Part shown: positions 1-10,698 of the stretch, piece by piece
How positions within the stretch are numbered: the first letter of the stretch is position 1
Layout: each line of letters opens with the position of its first letter
Source: an uncultured Pseudomonadota bacterium
GTDB lineage: Bacteria > Myxococcota_A > Polyangia > Fen-1088
Direction of reading: 5' to 3'
Length of the DNA stretch: 64,000 bases
Assembly (NCBI GenBank): GCA_963847705.1
Contig: CAWKBC010000017.1
Location: 96,001 to 160,000 of the forward strand
Position numbers and translations under genes: made by a program
Notes under the pieces: generated by a model
Told to the model about the DNA's origin: nothing
Database searches by the model: none
What the model saw: only the letters and a program-made list of their open reading frames with translations

Positions 1-806
1 GCAGCCCCAAGACGGTGAAGATCCTGCTGACCGGCCAGGCCGGCCTCGACGCGGTCGTCTACGCCATCAACAAGGCGGGGCTCGATCAGTACATCCCCAA
101 ACCCTGGGACGAGCCCGACCTGCGCCTCACCATCCAGAGCCTGCTGTCGCGCTTTCGCCTGGAGCGTGAGCGCGTCGAGCTCCTGGCCGAGCTGCGCGAG
201 AAGAACGCCGAGCTGGCCACGCTCAACACCTCGCTGGAAGAGAAGGTCATCGAGCGCACCAAGGAGCTCGAGAACCTGAACACGCGGCTAGCCGAGCTGG
301 CGATCACCGACGGGCTCACCGGCCTTTACAACCACCGCCACTTCCGCGAGCGGCTGTCGCTGGAGATGGAGCGCAGCAACCGGACCGGGCTGCCGCTGTC
401 GATCCTGATGATCGACGTCGATCACTTCAAGGGCTACAACGACCGCCACGGCCACCTGGCCGGTGACAATGCCCTGCGCGGCGTCTCCAAGATCCTGCAG
501 CACGGGCGGCGCGCCAACGATCTGGTCGCGCGCTACGGCGGCGAGGAGTTCGCCATCATCCTGCTCGACGTGGGCAAGGCGGCGGCCAAGGAGGTGGCGG
601 AGCGGATCTGCGCCCAGATCGCCGAGTTCCCCTTCGAGTTCGGCAGCACGCAGCCGATGGGCAAGCTGACGATCTCGCTGGGCGTCGCCGCGTTTCCCGA
701 CGACGGCGCCGAGCCGGCGCTGGTGCTGGCGGCGGCCGACCGGGCGCTGTTCTCCGCCAAGAACCACGGCCGCAACCGGGTCCGCGTCGCCGGCGCGCCC
801 GAGTAG
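1..806 (+). CDS. Response regulator-diguanylate cyclase (REC-coiled coil-GGDEF), 5' truncated by window
   Basis: Frame open from window start. Receiver C-terminal part (ILLTG...YIPKPW), coiled coil, DGLTGLYN, RAND I-site and GGEEF active site. Confidence 0.9.
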   Translation, partial: SPKTVKILLTGQAGLDAVVYAINKAGLDQYIPKPWDEPDLRLTIQSLLSRFRLERERVELLAELREKNAELATLNTSLEEKVIERTKELENLNTRLAELAITDGLTGLYNHRHFRERLSLEMERSNRTGLPLSILMIDVDHFKGYNDRHGHLAGDNALRGVSKILQHGRRANDLVARYGGEEFAIILLDVGKAAAKEVAERICAQIAEFPFEFGSTQPMGKLTISLGVAAFPDDGAEPALVLAAADRALFSAKNHGRNRVRVAGAPE

Positions 807-824
807 GCGAAGGAGCAGGGCGAG

Positions 825-1817
825 GTGAAGGTCGCCGTCCTCGGTGGCGGCGCCTGGGGCGGGGTGCTGGCGGCGGTGGCCTCGGCGCGCGGCCACGACG
901 TTGCGCTCTGGGAGGCCGATCCGACGTCGGCCCTGGCGTTGGGGCGAGAGCGCCAGAGCCCGCGCTCGGTCCCCGGCTTCCGCCTCCCCGCGGCGGTGGC
1001 CGTGTCGGGGGACGCCGACGGGGCGGTCGCCGGTCGGGAGATGCTGGTCGTCGCCATTCCGTCGGAGCGGGTGCGCGCGACGCTGCGGCGCGCGGCACCG
1101 AAGATCGACCGTGGGACCATCGTCGTCTGCGCCTCCAAGGGTCTCGAGCCCGACAGCGGCGACACGATGATCGAGGTCCTGGGCGCCGCGTTGCCGGAGC
1201 GCCGCCCGGTCGTGCTGTCGGGTCCGAGCTTCGCGCAGGAGGTGGCGGCCGGGCTGCCGGCCGCGCTGGTGGCGGCGTCAGCCGACGCGGCCGCCGCCGC
1301 CGCCGTGCAGGCGGCGCTGGGCGGCGAGCGGCTGCGCGTCTACACCAGCGACGACGCGATCGGCGTCTGCGTGGGCGGCGCGCTCAAGAACGTCGTCGCC
1401 ATCGCGGCCGGCTGCTGCGACGGGTTCGGTCTCGGCGCCAGCGCGCGCGCCGCGCTCATCACGCGCGGCCTCGCCGAGATGGGGCGGTTGGCGGATCGCA
1501 AGGGTGGCCAGCCGCTGACGCTGGCTGGCCTGGCCGGTCTCGGGGATCTGGTGCTCACCTGCACCGGCGATCTCTCGCGCAACCGCCAGGTCGGCCTGGC
1601 GCTGGCGCGCGGCGAATCGACGGTCCAGATCGTCGCCAAGCTTGGGCACGTCGCCGAGGGGGTGGAGACCGCGCGCACCGCCCAGGCCCTGGCGGAGCGC
1701 CTCGGCGTCGACATGCCGATCACCCGGGAGGTGGCGGCGGTCCTCTTCGCCGGCAAGCCGGCGCGGGCGGCGCTGACCGATCTGCTGGCCCGCGACGTGC
1801 GACCCGAGCGGGCCTGA
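825..1817 (+). CDS. gpsA: NAD(P)H-dependent glycerol-3-phosphate dehydrogenase
   Basis: GGGAWG Rossmann motif, ASKGLE, LSGPSFA, GALKNVVAIAAG, GLGDLVLTC..SRN, AEGV. Confidence 0.95.
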   Translation: MKVAVLGGGAWGGVLAAVASARGHDVALWEADPTSALALGRERQSPRSVPGFRLPAAVAVSGDADGAVAGREMLVVAIPSERVRATLRRAAPKIDRGTIVVCASKGLEPDSGDTMIEVLGAALPERRPVVLSGPSFAQEVAAGLPAALVAASADAAAAAAVQAALGGERLRVYTSDDAIGVCVGGALKNVVAIAAGCCDGFGLGASARAALITRGLAEMGRLADRKGGQPLTLAGLAGLGDLVLTCTGDLSRNRQVGLALARGESTVQIVAKLGHVAEGVETARTAQALAERLGVDMPITREVAAVLFAGKPARAALTDLLARDVRPERA

Positions 1818-1918
1818 GGGGCCGCCCGGCTGGCACCTGGGCCCGTCCCGGCTGCTCCTCATGTTTGTTTGTAACGCCCGGCGGACTCGCCGTACGTCTT
1901 CCCCAAAGGAGGTCAAGA

Positions 1919-2659
1919 ATGACCACAGTCCACGCCGAGTCCGGTACGAACGTCCACGAGATCGCCGCCGGGATCTTTCGCATCAGTGTCCCCGTGCCGC
2001 CCAGCGCGATGCCGGGGGGATTCACCTTCAATCAGTTCCTGCTGGTCGACGACGAGCCGCTGCTCTTTCACACCGGTCCGCACAAGATGTTTCCGCTGGT
2101 GCGGCAGGCGGTCGCGCACGTCCTGGGCGACGTGACGAAGCTGAAGTGGGTCGGCTTCTCGCACGTCGAGGCTGACGAATGCGGCGCGCTCAACGAGTGG
2201 CTGGAGGCCGCGCCCCAGGCGACGCCGGTCTGCAGCCAGGTCGCGGCGATGGTCTCGGTGAGCGACTTCGCCATCCGGCCGGCGCGGGCGCTCGGGGACG
2301 GTGAGGAGCTGTCGCTGGGGGGCAAGCGCGTGCGCTGGTTCAATGCGCCGCACCTTCCGCACAACTGGGAGTGCGGCTACCTCAACGAATCGACGACGCG
2401 GACGCTCCTCTGCGGCGATCTCTTCACCCACGGTGGCGCCGACCTCCCGCCGATCACCGAGTCGGAGGTGCTGGGCCCGTCCGAGGCGTTCCGCCAGGCG
2501 ATGCCGCCCGGCAGCGTGGCGATCGAGCGGGGGAGCCGCGCCATCCTCGAGAAGCTGGCGGCAACCGAGCCGAGGACCCTCGCCTTGATGCACGGCAGCT
2601 CCTTTCGGGGCGACGGCGCGAAGCTCCTGCGCGGGATGGCCGACGCGCTCGACGCCTGA
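1919..2659 (+). CDS. MBL-fold di-iron protein (flavodiiron N-terminal/ODP-like, no flavodoxin domain)
   Basis: AAGGAGG RBS before ATG 1919. FNQFLL, FHTG, SHVEADECG, PHLPHNWE, LCGDLF and MHG motifs. Confidence 0.75.
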   Translation: MTTVHAESGTNVHEIAAGIFRISVPVPPSAMPGGFTFNQFLLVDDEPLLFHTGPHKMFPLVRQAVAHVLGDVTKLKWVGFSHVEADECGALNEWLEAAPQATPVCSQVAAMVSVSDFAIRPARALGDGEELSLGGKRVRWFNAPHLPHNWECGYLNESTTRTLLCGDLFTHGGADLPPITESEVLGPSEAFRQAMPPGSVAIERGSRAILEKLAATEPRTLALMHGSSFRGDGAKLLRGMADALDA

Positions 2660-2784
2660 GGGCGGCCGGGATGTCGGGCTCCGGGCCGGCCGACTCTGGC
2701 GGCGACTGCGAACGACAGAGCCGACAGCTGCTACTATCGTCTCGCCTCTTCGTGAGCCCTGCAGTCAATCTTGAGACGCTCGAG

Positions 2785-3342
2785 ATGCTCGAGGCGTCGA
2801 CCGACGCCGACCTCGTGCGGCGCGCCGCCGTCCGTGACGACGGCTGGCGCGCCGTCGAGACGGAGCTCTGTCGCCGCTTCGCCCGGCGGGTGCGGCTCTA
2901 TGGCCTCCGCCATCTGCGGGACGGGGACCGCGCGCGCGATCTGGTGCAAGCGGTCCTGCTCGCGCTGGTCGAGGCGGTCCGCGCGGAGCGCATCGAGGAG
3001 CCCGAGCACCTCGATCGCTTCGTGCTCGGAGCTTGTCGCAACGTCGTGGCGCGCATGCGCGACGGAGCGTCCCGCGCCATCCCCTTCGACCCCGCCGAGA
3101 TGGAGGTCGCCGGGGCGATGCCCACGTTCGAGCGGCTCGACACGCCGGGGCTGCTCCGGTGCATGCTGAAGCTCGATCTGCGCTCCCAGGTGGTCGTCCA
3201 GATGTGCTTTCACGACGACGCGTCGGCTGAAGAGATCGGCGCGCACCTCGGCACCAGCGCCGGCAACGTTCGGGTCCTGCGCCATCGGGCGATCGCCCAG
3301 CTCCGGAGCTGCCTCGACCGTGGCCAGGAGGCCGAAGCGTGA
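2785..3342 (+). CDS. ECF (sigma-70 family) RNA polymerase sigma factor
   Basis: Region 2 (ARDLVQAVLL) and region 4 HTH (SAEEIGAHLGTSAGNVRVLRHRA). Start chosen at ATG 2785 inside a longer ORF. Confidence 0.85.
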   Translation: MLEASTDADLVRRAAVRDDGWRAVETELCRRFARRVRLYGLRHLRDGDRARDLVQAVLLALVEAVRAERIEEPEHLDRFVLGACRNVVARMRDGASRAIPFDPAEMEVAGAMPTFERLDTPGLLRCMLKLDLRSQVVVQMCFHDDASAEEIGAHLGTSAGNVRVLRHRAIAQLRSCLDRGQEAEA

Positions 3343-3896
3343 GCGCGCCGTGCCCCACTCGATTGTCGTTCGAGACGCTCGTCGCCTACTGGGCCGGCGA
3401 TCTGCCGCAGACCGAGACCGACGCGGTCGATGCTCACCTCATGGGGTGCGCGAGCTGCGCGCGCGCGTCGGAGAGGATCGCCCACATCACGGAAGGGATC
3501 CGCGCCGTGATCTCCCCCTTTATCTCTGCGCGCGAGCTCGACGCCCTGCGCGCGCGGGGCCTTCGCGTCGAGGAGAACCCCGTGCGGCCCGGGGAGCGCG
3601 CGCCGGTGCTGTTCCGGCGCGACGTCGATTTGCTGATCCATCGACTCGGGGAGCTCGACCTGTCGCGAGCCGAGCGCGTGCAGGTCAGGGTCCTCTCGGA
3701 GGGAACGGGCGACCTCATGATGGAGAGTCCGGCCGTCCCTTTCGACGCCGCCGCCGGCGAGGTGTTGATCGCCTGCCAGCGTCACTTCAGCGAGCTGCCG
3801 CCCGACGTGGTCTTCGAGGTCTCGGTGATCGAGGCGGGCATCGCGACGTCCTCGGCCAGCTACATCATTCCGCACGTCTTCGAGCCCGCCCGCTAG
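3339..3896 (+). CDS. Zinc-finger (zf-HC2/ZAS) anti-sigma factor, soluble
   Basis: GTGA overlap with the sigma gene, HLMGCASC (HxxxCxxC) motif, no transmembrane helix evident. Confidence 0.8.
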   Translation: MSAPCPTRLSFETLVAYWAGDLPQTETDAVDAHLMGCASCARASERIAHITEGIRAVISPFISARELDALRARGLRVEENPVRPGERAPVLFRRDVDLLIHRLGELDLSRAERVQVRVLSEGTGDLMMESPAVPFDAAAGEVLIACQRHFSELPPDVVFEVSVIEAGIATSSASYIIPHVFEPAR

Positions 3897-4874
<978 letters not shown>

Positions 4875-4926
4875 GGGCCCAACGATAGCAGGCGATCGCC
4901 CGCCTGCGGGGCCGTGGCTCGGCGCT

Positions 4927-5700
4927 TCAGGCCCGGCGGCGGCAGAGCGCGACGGCGGCGGCCAGCGCCGCCAGGGCGACCAGCGCCAGCAGCGCGAGGT
5001 CCATCGTCGCGGAGCCGCCAGCGGGCACCAGCGCCGCGGGCAGGGCGTCGCCGTGGAAGCCGCGCCGGATCGCCGAGACGGTGTAGGTCATCGGGTCGAG
5101 GGCCATCAACGTCCCGATCCAGTGGCTGTCGCCCGACGGCGGGAACATCGCGCCCGACAGCATCCAGAGGGGGATGAGCGCGCCCATCATGACCGCGTGA
5201 TAGCCCTGGGTCGAATCGATCCACCAGGCCATCGCGAAGCCGAGCGCGGTGAACCCGAGCGCCGACAGGGGGAGCGCCAGGGCCAAGAGCGGCCAGTTCA
5301 TGCTGGCGGCGTGAAAGCCGGCCAGCGGCGCCAGGGCCAGCAGGATCGCCGCCTGCATCGAGGCGATGGCCACGCCGCCCAGCGTCTTGCCCAGCACCAG
5401 CGCCGCGCGCGAGACCGGCGCCGCCAGCACCGCCTGCAAGAAGCCGTGGTGGCGATCCTCGATGACCGAGATGGTCGAGAAGATCGCGCTGAAGAGCAGG
5501 GTGAGCACCACGACGCCCGGGTAGAAGTAGCGGAGGTAGTCGACGCCGCTGCCGCCGGCCGGGCGGAAGCTGCCGCCGAGGCCGGCGCCCAGCACCGCCC
5601 AGAGGATCAGCGGCTGCGCGGCCGAGCCGACGATCCGGCTCGGCTGCCGGAAGAATCGCCGAAGGTCGCGCCCCGCCAGCGCGGCGACGGTGCCGATCAC
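4927..5700 (-). CDS. ABC-2 type transporter permease
   Basis: Six hydrophobic segments, ABC-2 pattern ([31 protein letters not shown]); coupled to the upstream ATPase. Confidence 0.88.
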   Translation of the reverse strand: MIGTVAALAGRDLRRFFRQPSRIVGSAAQPLILWAVLGAGLGGSFRPAGGSGVDYLRYFYPGVVVLTLLFSAIFSTISVIEDRHHGFLQAVLAAPVSRAALVLGKTLGGVAIASMQAAILLALAPLAGFHAASMNWPLLALALPLSALGFTALGFAMAWWIDSTQGYHAVMMGALIPLWMLSGAMFPPSGDSHWIGTLMALDPMTYTVSAIRRGFHGDALPAALVPAGGSATMDLALLALVALAALAAAVALCRRRA

Positions 5701-6677
5701 GAGGCCAGCCCCCGGCCGGTCAGCTTGGCGAAGACGTCGGCCAGCGTGGGGCGAGACGTCGCCAGGCTGGCCAGCCGCCCGCTGGGGAAGAGCTCAGCGA
5801 TGCGCGGGACCACCTCGGCGCCGCGCGGCGCTTCGAGCACCACGTCTCCGTCGAGAACACGGCCGGGGAGGTTCAAGCGCGCGGCGATGGTGTCGCGGAG
5901 CTCCTCGGGGCGCTCGCCGCGGACGCGAATGACGTCGCCGGCCACGCGCGCGCGCAGCTCGTCGGGCGTGCCGACGGCGGTCAGCTTGCCCCCGTCGAGG
6001 ATGGCGATCCGGTGGCAGCGCTCGGCCTCCTCGGGCTGGTGCGTGGTGACGATGACCGAGAGGCCGCGCGTCGCCACCAGCGAGACCAGCTGATCCCAGA
6101 TGCGGCGCAGCGCCTCGGGATCGACGCCGCGCCCGGGCTCGTCGAGCAGCAACAGCGACGGATCGTGCAGGAGGACGCGCGCGATCTCGATCCGCCGCCG
6201 CATCCCGCCCGAGTACTTGGCCGCCGCCTCGTCGGCGCGATCGCCGAGCTCCATGAGCGCCAGCGCGGCCTCGATCCGCTGGGCCGCCAGGGTGCGCGGC
6301 AGACCGTAGAGCGCGGCGCCGAGCCGGAGGTTCTCCCGGCCGGTCAGCTTGAGGTCGAGGCTCGGCTCTTGAAACACCACGCCGAGCCGCGCGCGGTAGC
6401 GGGCGTCGCCGCCGTCGGTTGGCTGGCCGTCGAGCGCCAGCGTTCCGGCGTGGGGCGGGATGAGGCCCGCCAGCAGACGAAAGGCGGTGGTCTTGCCGGC
6501 GCCGTTCGGACCGAGGAGGCCGAAGATCTCGCCAGGGGCAACGTCGAAGCTGAGGCCGTCGAGGGCGGTGCGCTCCTTGAACCGCCGGGTGAGGCCGGTC
6601 GCCCGAAGCCGAGGCACCCCGTCGATGGCCAAGCGCTGGGGCGCGCCCTGCGGCGCCGAAACGGCGACCGCGGTCAT
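5697..6677 (-). CDS. ABC transporter ATP-binding protein
   Basis: GPNGAGKTT, YSGGMRRR, LLLLDEP. ATG 6677 overlaps the stop of the heme synthase gene. Confidence 0.9.
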   Translation of the reverse strand: MTAVAVSAPQGAPQRLAIDGVPRLRATGLTRRFKERTALDGLSFDVAPGEIFGLLGPNGAGKTTAFRLLAGLIPPHAGTLALDGQPTDGGDARYRARLGVVFQEPSLDLKLTGRENLRLGAALYGLPRTLAAQRIEAALALMELGDRADEAAAKYSGGMRRRIEIARVLLHDPSLLLLDEPGRGVDPEALRRIWDQLVSLVATRGLSVIVTTHQPEEAERCHRIAILDGGKLTAVGTPDELRARVAGDVIRVRGERPEELRDTIAARLNLPGRVLDGDVVLEAPRGAEVVPRIAELFPSGRLASLATSRPTLADVFAKLTGRGLAS

Positions 6678-8506
6678 GCGATCGTCCTGTCGATCACCAG
6701 CGCCACGAACAGCAGGGTCAGGTAGACGATCGAGTAGAGAAACAACGATCGCGCCCAGGCGTTGGCCGCCGCGCGACGGAACCCCGCCGCCGCCCAGGCG
6801 ATGAACACCGCGCCCAGCAACGCCGCGCAGGCCAGGTAGCCAAGTCCCGCCACCCGCAGGGGCTCGAGGGCGATCGTCGCCGCCACCAGGCCGACGGAGA
6901 AGAGCACGATGGTGGCGCGCGTGGCGCGCGTGGAGATCGCCAGCGGGAGCACCTTGAAGCCGGCGCGCGCGTAGTCGGCCGCGCGGTAGGTGGCGATCGC
7001 CAGGAAGTGGGGGATCTGCCAGAGGAACAGGATCGAGAAGAGCGCCAGCCCCGGCGCGTCGAGGCGACCGGTGACCGCCGTCCAGCCCATGAGCGGCGGC
7101 AGCGCGCCCGGCACCGCGCCCACGAAGAGCGCGATCGCGGAGTGGCGCTTGAGCGGCGTGTAGACGACCACGTAGCTGCCGAGCGCGGCCAGGCCCAGGA
7201 TCCCGGTCAAGAGGTTGCCGCCCAGAAAAACCAGCGGCACCGCGGTGCAGGCGCAGAGGGTGCCGAACGCCAGCGCCGTCTCGGGCGAGAGCGTCGCGCG
7301 CGGCAGGGGGCGGTCGCGCGTCCGCTCCATCAGCGGATCGACGTCTCGCTCGAGGTACATGTTGAAGGTGTTCGAGGCGGCGACCAGGAGCGCGGTGCCG
7401 ATGAGGGTCATGATCGCGCGCCAGCCGGCGATCTGCCCGGGCGCCAGCCAGAGGCCGCCGGCGAAGGTGATGATCACCATCCCGGTGATGCGCGGCTTGG
7501 CCAGCGTCACCACCGCGCGGAACCAGGCCAGGCCCGGGAAGCTGGGGAGGCCGTCGGGGCGCGCCGCGAGCACGGTGAGCACCATCGCGGCGAGCAGCGC
7601 GGTCGCCACCGCCAGGTGACTCTCGACGGTGAGGAGGTCGAGGAACGACTGCACCGAGCGAATCCCCAGCCAGATCTGGACGCCGACGAGGACCGGCGCG
7701 AGGACCGCCAGCAGCCGGAGGGCGGGCCGCGTCGCCCGCCGCAGCGTCACGATCGACGAGGCGAGGACCAGGCAGGCGACCGTGACGGCGTTCAGGCGGT
7801 GCAGCGCCTGGATGAGGACCGTCGGGTGCGCGTGCGGCCAGAGCGAGCCCCGGCAGAGCGGCACGTCGGTGCAGGCCAGCGCCGCGCCCGAGTGGCGAAC
7901 CAGGCCGCCCAGCACCATCTGGACGTAGACCGCGACGGCGGTGATGAGCGCCAGCCGACCGACGACCGGCGGGGCCGCCGCGCGCGCCACCGCGGGCCGC
8001 GATCGGACCGCGATGTAGAGCACCGTCATGAAGAACAGCAGCGACGTCGCCGTGTGCGCCGTCGATATCGGCGTGGGAAGCCGCAGGAGCACGGTGATCC
8101 CGCCGAGCAGCGCCTGCGCGAACACCAGCCCGACCGCCAGCCACCCGAAGGGACGCAGGCGGCGCAGCCCCGCGTCGCGCGTCCCGGTCAGCAAGCCAGC
8201 CAGGACCAGGGTCAGGATCACCACCGTGCCCGCCGCCAGACGGTGGCTGTGCTCGACCAGCACGCCGCCCTCCATCTTGGGCATGAACGTCCCGTAGCAG
8301 GTCGGCCAGTCGGGGCAGGCCAGGCTGGAGCCGGTGCCGTGGACCAGGCCACCGATCAGGATCAGCAGATAGGTGGCGACGGCCGTGGCCACGGCGAACC
8401 GGTGAATCCACGGCCGACCAGCCTGCTGCGGTGCCGGCGCCGGTGGCGTCGGCGGTACCGCTGGCTCTGCGCCTGAAAGCTGCGCAGCGCTACCTTCACT
8501 TGGCAT
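6674..8506 (-). CDS. Fused heme A synthase (CtaA/COX15) and heme O synthase (CtaB/CyoE)
   Basis: N-half ACPDWPTC, EHSHR, ACTDVPLC, LHR. C-half KPRI, NMYLERDVDPLMERTRDRP, YTPLKR, WQIPHF. Confidence 0.92.
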   Translation of the reverse strand: MPSEGSAAQLSGAEPAVPPTPPAPAPQQAGRPWIHRFAVATAVATYLLILIGGLVHGTGSSLACPDWPTCYGTFMPKMEGGVLVEHSHRLAAGTVVILTLVLAGLLTGTRDAGLRRLRPFGWLAVGLVFAQALLGGITVLLRLPTPISTAHTATSLLFFMTVLYIAVRSRPAVARAAAPPVVGRLALITAVAVYVQMVLGGLVRHSGAALACTDVPLCRGSLWPHAHPTVLIQALHRLNAVTVACLVLASSIVTLRRATRPALRLLAVLAPVLVGVQIWLGIRSVQSFLDLLTVESHLAVATALLAAMVLTVLAARPDGLPSFPGLAWFRAVVTLAKPRITGMVIITFAGGLWLAPGQIAGWRAIMTLIGTALLVAASNTFNMYLERDVDPLMERTRDRPLPRATLSPETALAFGTLCACTAVPLVFLGGNLLTGILGLAALGSYVVVYTPLKRHSAIALFVGAVPGALPPLMGWTAVTGRLDAPGLALFSILFLWQIPHFLAIATYRAADYARAGFKVLPLAISTRATRATIVLFSVGLVAATIALEPLRVAGLGYLACAALLGAVFIAWAAAGFRRAAANAWARSLFLYSIVYLTLLFVALVIDRTIA

Positions 8507-9281
8507 CGTAAGCGAAGCTCACCTCGGTCGGTTTGTCGGCGGCCACGGTCGCCTCGGCGGTCTTGGCGCCGTAGCGCTCCTGCCAGGCGGTCAGGGTGTA
8601 CTTGCCGGCCGGCACGCCGGTGATCTTGAAGTGGCCGTCCGGACCGGTGACGGCGAAGAAGGGATTGGCGTTGACCACCACGTAGCCGGTCATCCAGGGG
8701 TGCACGTCGCACTTGAACTTGAGGATGTCGCCGGCGTCGCCGATCTTGCGCGCGATCGGCGGCAAGCCCGGGATCTCCGCCTGGTTGAACAGCGTCGAGG
8801 GCCCCTTGTAACCGTGCACGTTGTGCAGCGTCTGATCGCCGTTGCGGATGGAGATCATCTGTCCGGCCACGATCGCCTGGACGCGCGGGCGGTACATGCA
8901 GGCGCTCTGATCGAGCGCGGCGGGCGTCGCCGGCGGCTCGTAGTGGCCGGTCGCTCCGTCGGTGATGCGGACGACGACGTTGGCCAGGCCACCGGCCGGG
9001 CCCACGACGACCTCTTCTTCCCGTGTCGGCGTCTTGGCGCAGAACGGATCGGCGTCGCGCTTGGTCATCGCCATCTCGGGCGGCGTGCCGCTCAGCTTCA
9101 CCGTCCCCTCGATGACGCCGTTTCCAGCCGGAGGCGCCGCGGCGGCCGCCGGGACGGTCGCGGCGGTGGCGCCCGGCGCGACCGGCGCGGGGGCCGGGGC
9201 CGGCGGGGCCTCCGTCTTCTGGCAGGCGCCCGCCATCGTCGACACGGCGAGCGCAAAAATGGCCAGGCCCCGCTTGATCAT
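8496..9281 (-). CDS. Lipoprotein with cupredoxin-like (HN..CxxHxxM) and carboxypeptidase-regulatory-like domains
   Basis: Lipobox MAGA-C, LDQSACMYRP, LHNVH, FKCDVHPWM, ITGVPAGKYTL. Confidence 0.75.
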   Translation of the reverse strand: MIKRGLAIFALAVSTMAGACQKTEAPPAPAPAPVAPGATAATVPAAAAAPPAGNGVIEGTVKLSGTPPEMAMTKRDADPFCAKTPTREEEVVVGPAGGLANVVVRITDGATGHYEPPATPAALDQSACMYRPRVQAIVAGQMISIRNGDQTLHNVHGYKGPSTLFNQAEIPGLPPIARKIGDAGDILKFKCDVHPWMTGYVVVNANPFFAVTGPDGHFKITGVPAGKYTLTAWQERYGAKTAEATVAADKPTEVSFAYDAK

Positions 9282-9342
9282 GGTCGTCGTGCTAACAGGC
9301 GCCCGCCGACCCGTCAAGCACCGCAATGGCTGGGCCGGCGAG

Positions 9343-10056
9343 TCAGGCTCCGTTCGCCACCCGACCGGCCGCGGCGAGCAGCAGGTCGATCCCTTCGGGG
9401 GTGGCGGAAAAGTAGCCTCGGATGCGGAGCTGGCGGTCGATCAAGACCAGGTTCTCGCCGTGGAAGATCTGCCAGAAGTCGCCCGTGCCGTCGCCCCCGG
9501 TGTTCACCTTCTCCTTGCCCATGCCGACCTTGAAGCCGCCCACCACGGCGGCCTCGATGGCCTCGGCGGGGCCGGTCAGGAACGACCAGGCGAGCGGGTT
9601 CGCGCCGTAACGGGCCCCGTACTCGGCCAGTCGCGCCGGGGTGTCTCGCGCCGGATCGACGGAGATCGACACCAGGTGAAAATCGGGCCCCAGCTTGCGC
9701 GCCCGGCGGCCCACCTCGGCCATCTTCTGGCTGAGCAGCGGGCAGGCCTCCTGGCAGGAGGTGAAGATGAAGTCGGCGACCCAGACCCTCCCCGTGAGGT
9801 CGCGGGTGCCGAACGGCTGCCCGCGCTGATCGGTCAGCGTGAAGGCGGGCAGGGTGCCCAGGATCGCGGGCGAGGCCCCGAGGCGCCGGGTGACGGAGCG
9901 GAAGATCGGCACCCCGAACAGCAGCCCCAAGAGCGCCGCCCAGATGAGGGGATTGCCCGCCAGGCGCGCGGCGGCCGGTTGCCGGCGCGGGCGAAACCCG
10001 ACAGAGATTTCCGGGGAAGAACGTTCGGCGCGATCCGCTGAGGCGGGGGTGCTCAC
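9343..10056 (-). CDS. SCO family copper chaperone
   Basis: FIFTSCQEACP (CxxxC), ISVDPARD, distal His (IFHG), N-terminal TM helix. Confidence 0.92.
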   Translation of the reverse strand: MSTPASADRAERSSPEISVGFRPRRQPAAARLAGNPLIWAALLGLLFGVPIFRSVTRRLGASPAILGTLPAFTLTDQRGQPFGTRDLTGRVWVADFIFTSCQEACPLLSQKMAEVGRRARKLGPDFHLVSISVDPARDTPARLAEYGARYGANPLAWSFLTGPAEAIEAAVVGGFKVGMGKEKVNTGGDGTGDFWQIFHGENLVLIDRQLRIRGYFSATPEGIDLLLAAAGRVANGA

Positions 10057-10144
10057 GCGTTGGTCTTCCGCCGCGTTCGGGCTTCTGTCAAGCGTCCGTC
10101 CTTGACCGGCGAGCTCTGCTCGTTTACCTCATTGAAGGTCGCTC

Positions 10145-10570
10145 ATGCGTCTGCGTGCTGGAAATCACGGGGCTTCGGCCGCCGCCAAGTCGCTCACCGT
10201 CGCGGTGATGGCGGCAGCGATGGCCGCCCAGCTGCTGTCGATCTCGCACGAGATGACGGTGCGCCACTTCCGCTGCGCCGAGCACGGCGAGCTGACGCAC
10301 GTCGCGGCGCTCACCGCGCCGGCCGCGGAGCTGCCCGCGCCGCGCGCGAATGACGCGTTCCGCGCGGGCGACGCCGAAGCGGCCGACGCGCACGAGCACT
10401 GCGGCGTCACCTTCACCGTCGAAGGGAGCTCCTGCACGCCCTCGATGGGGAGCGTGACCAGCGCGGCACCTCCGGCGGCGGCGCCTCGTCCGGCGCCCTC
10501 GGCCGTCTCCTGGCACGAGCGGTCGTTCGTCCTGGCGAGCGCCCCCAAGACCTCACCTCCCTCGGCGTAG
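10145..10570 (+). CDS. His/Cys-rich leader protein, copy 1 (putative metal-sensing arrest peptide)
   Basis: Paralog of 14262-14684: SHE.TVRHFRCAEHGELTHVA, DAHEHC, FVLASAPKTSPP. Lies upstream of the TonB-dependent receptor. Function is inferred. Confidence 0.8.
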   Translation: MRLRAGNHGASAAAKSLTVAVMAAAMAAQLLSISHEMTVRHFRCAEHGELTHVAALTAPAAELPAPRANDAFRAGDAEAADAHEHCGVTFTVEGSSCTPSMGSVTSAAPPAAAPRPAPSAVSWHERSFVLASAPKTSPPSA

Positions 10571-10607
10571 CGACAGATCGTCCTCGCGCGCGGCAGAGGC
10601 GAAGATC

Positions 10608-10654
10608 GGGCTCGCCTTCGGGGCTCGCCTTCGGGGCTCGCCTTCGGGCTCGCC
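10608..10654. repeat. Tandem repeat GGGCTCGCCTTC(G), about 3.7 copies
   Basis: Units at 10608-10620, 10621-10633, 10634-10645 and partial 10646-10654. Confidence 0.9.
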
Positions 10655-10698
10655 GTGCGTTTCCCAGATCCATTGCCGTCGGAGGCGTCGAGGTCCCA

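Noticed and set aside
1831-1846. TGGCAC as a sigma54 promoter upstream of the MBL gene
   Set aside because: No GC at the -12 position (GG-N10-CG).
5697-8411. 904-aa ORF as one large protein
   Set aside because: Only the last 326 aa are an ABC ATPase; the rest is an alternate frame of the ctaA-ctaB gene.
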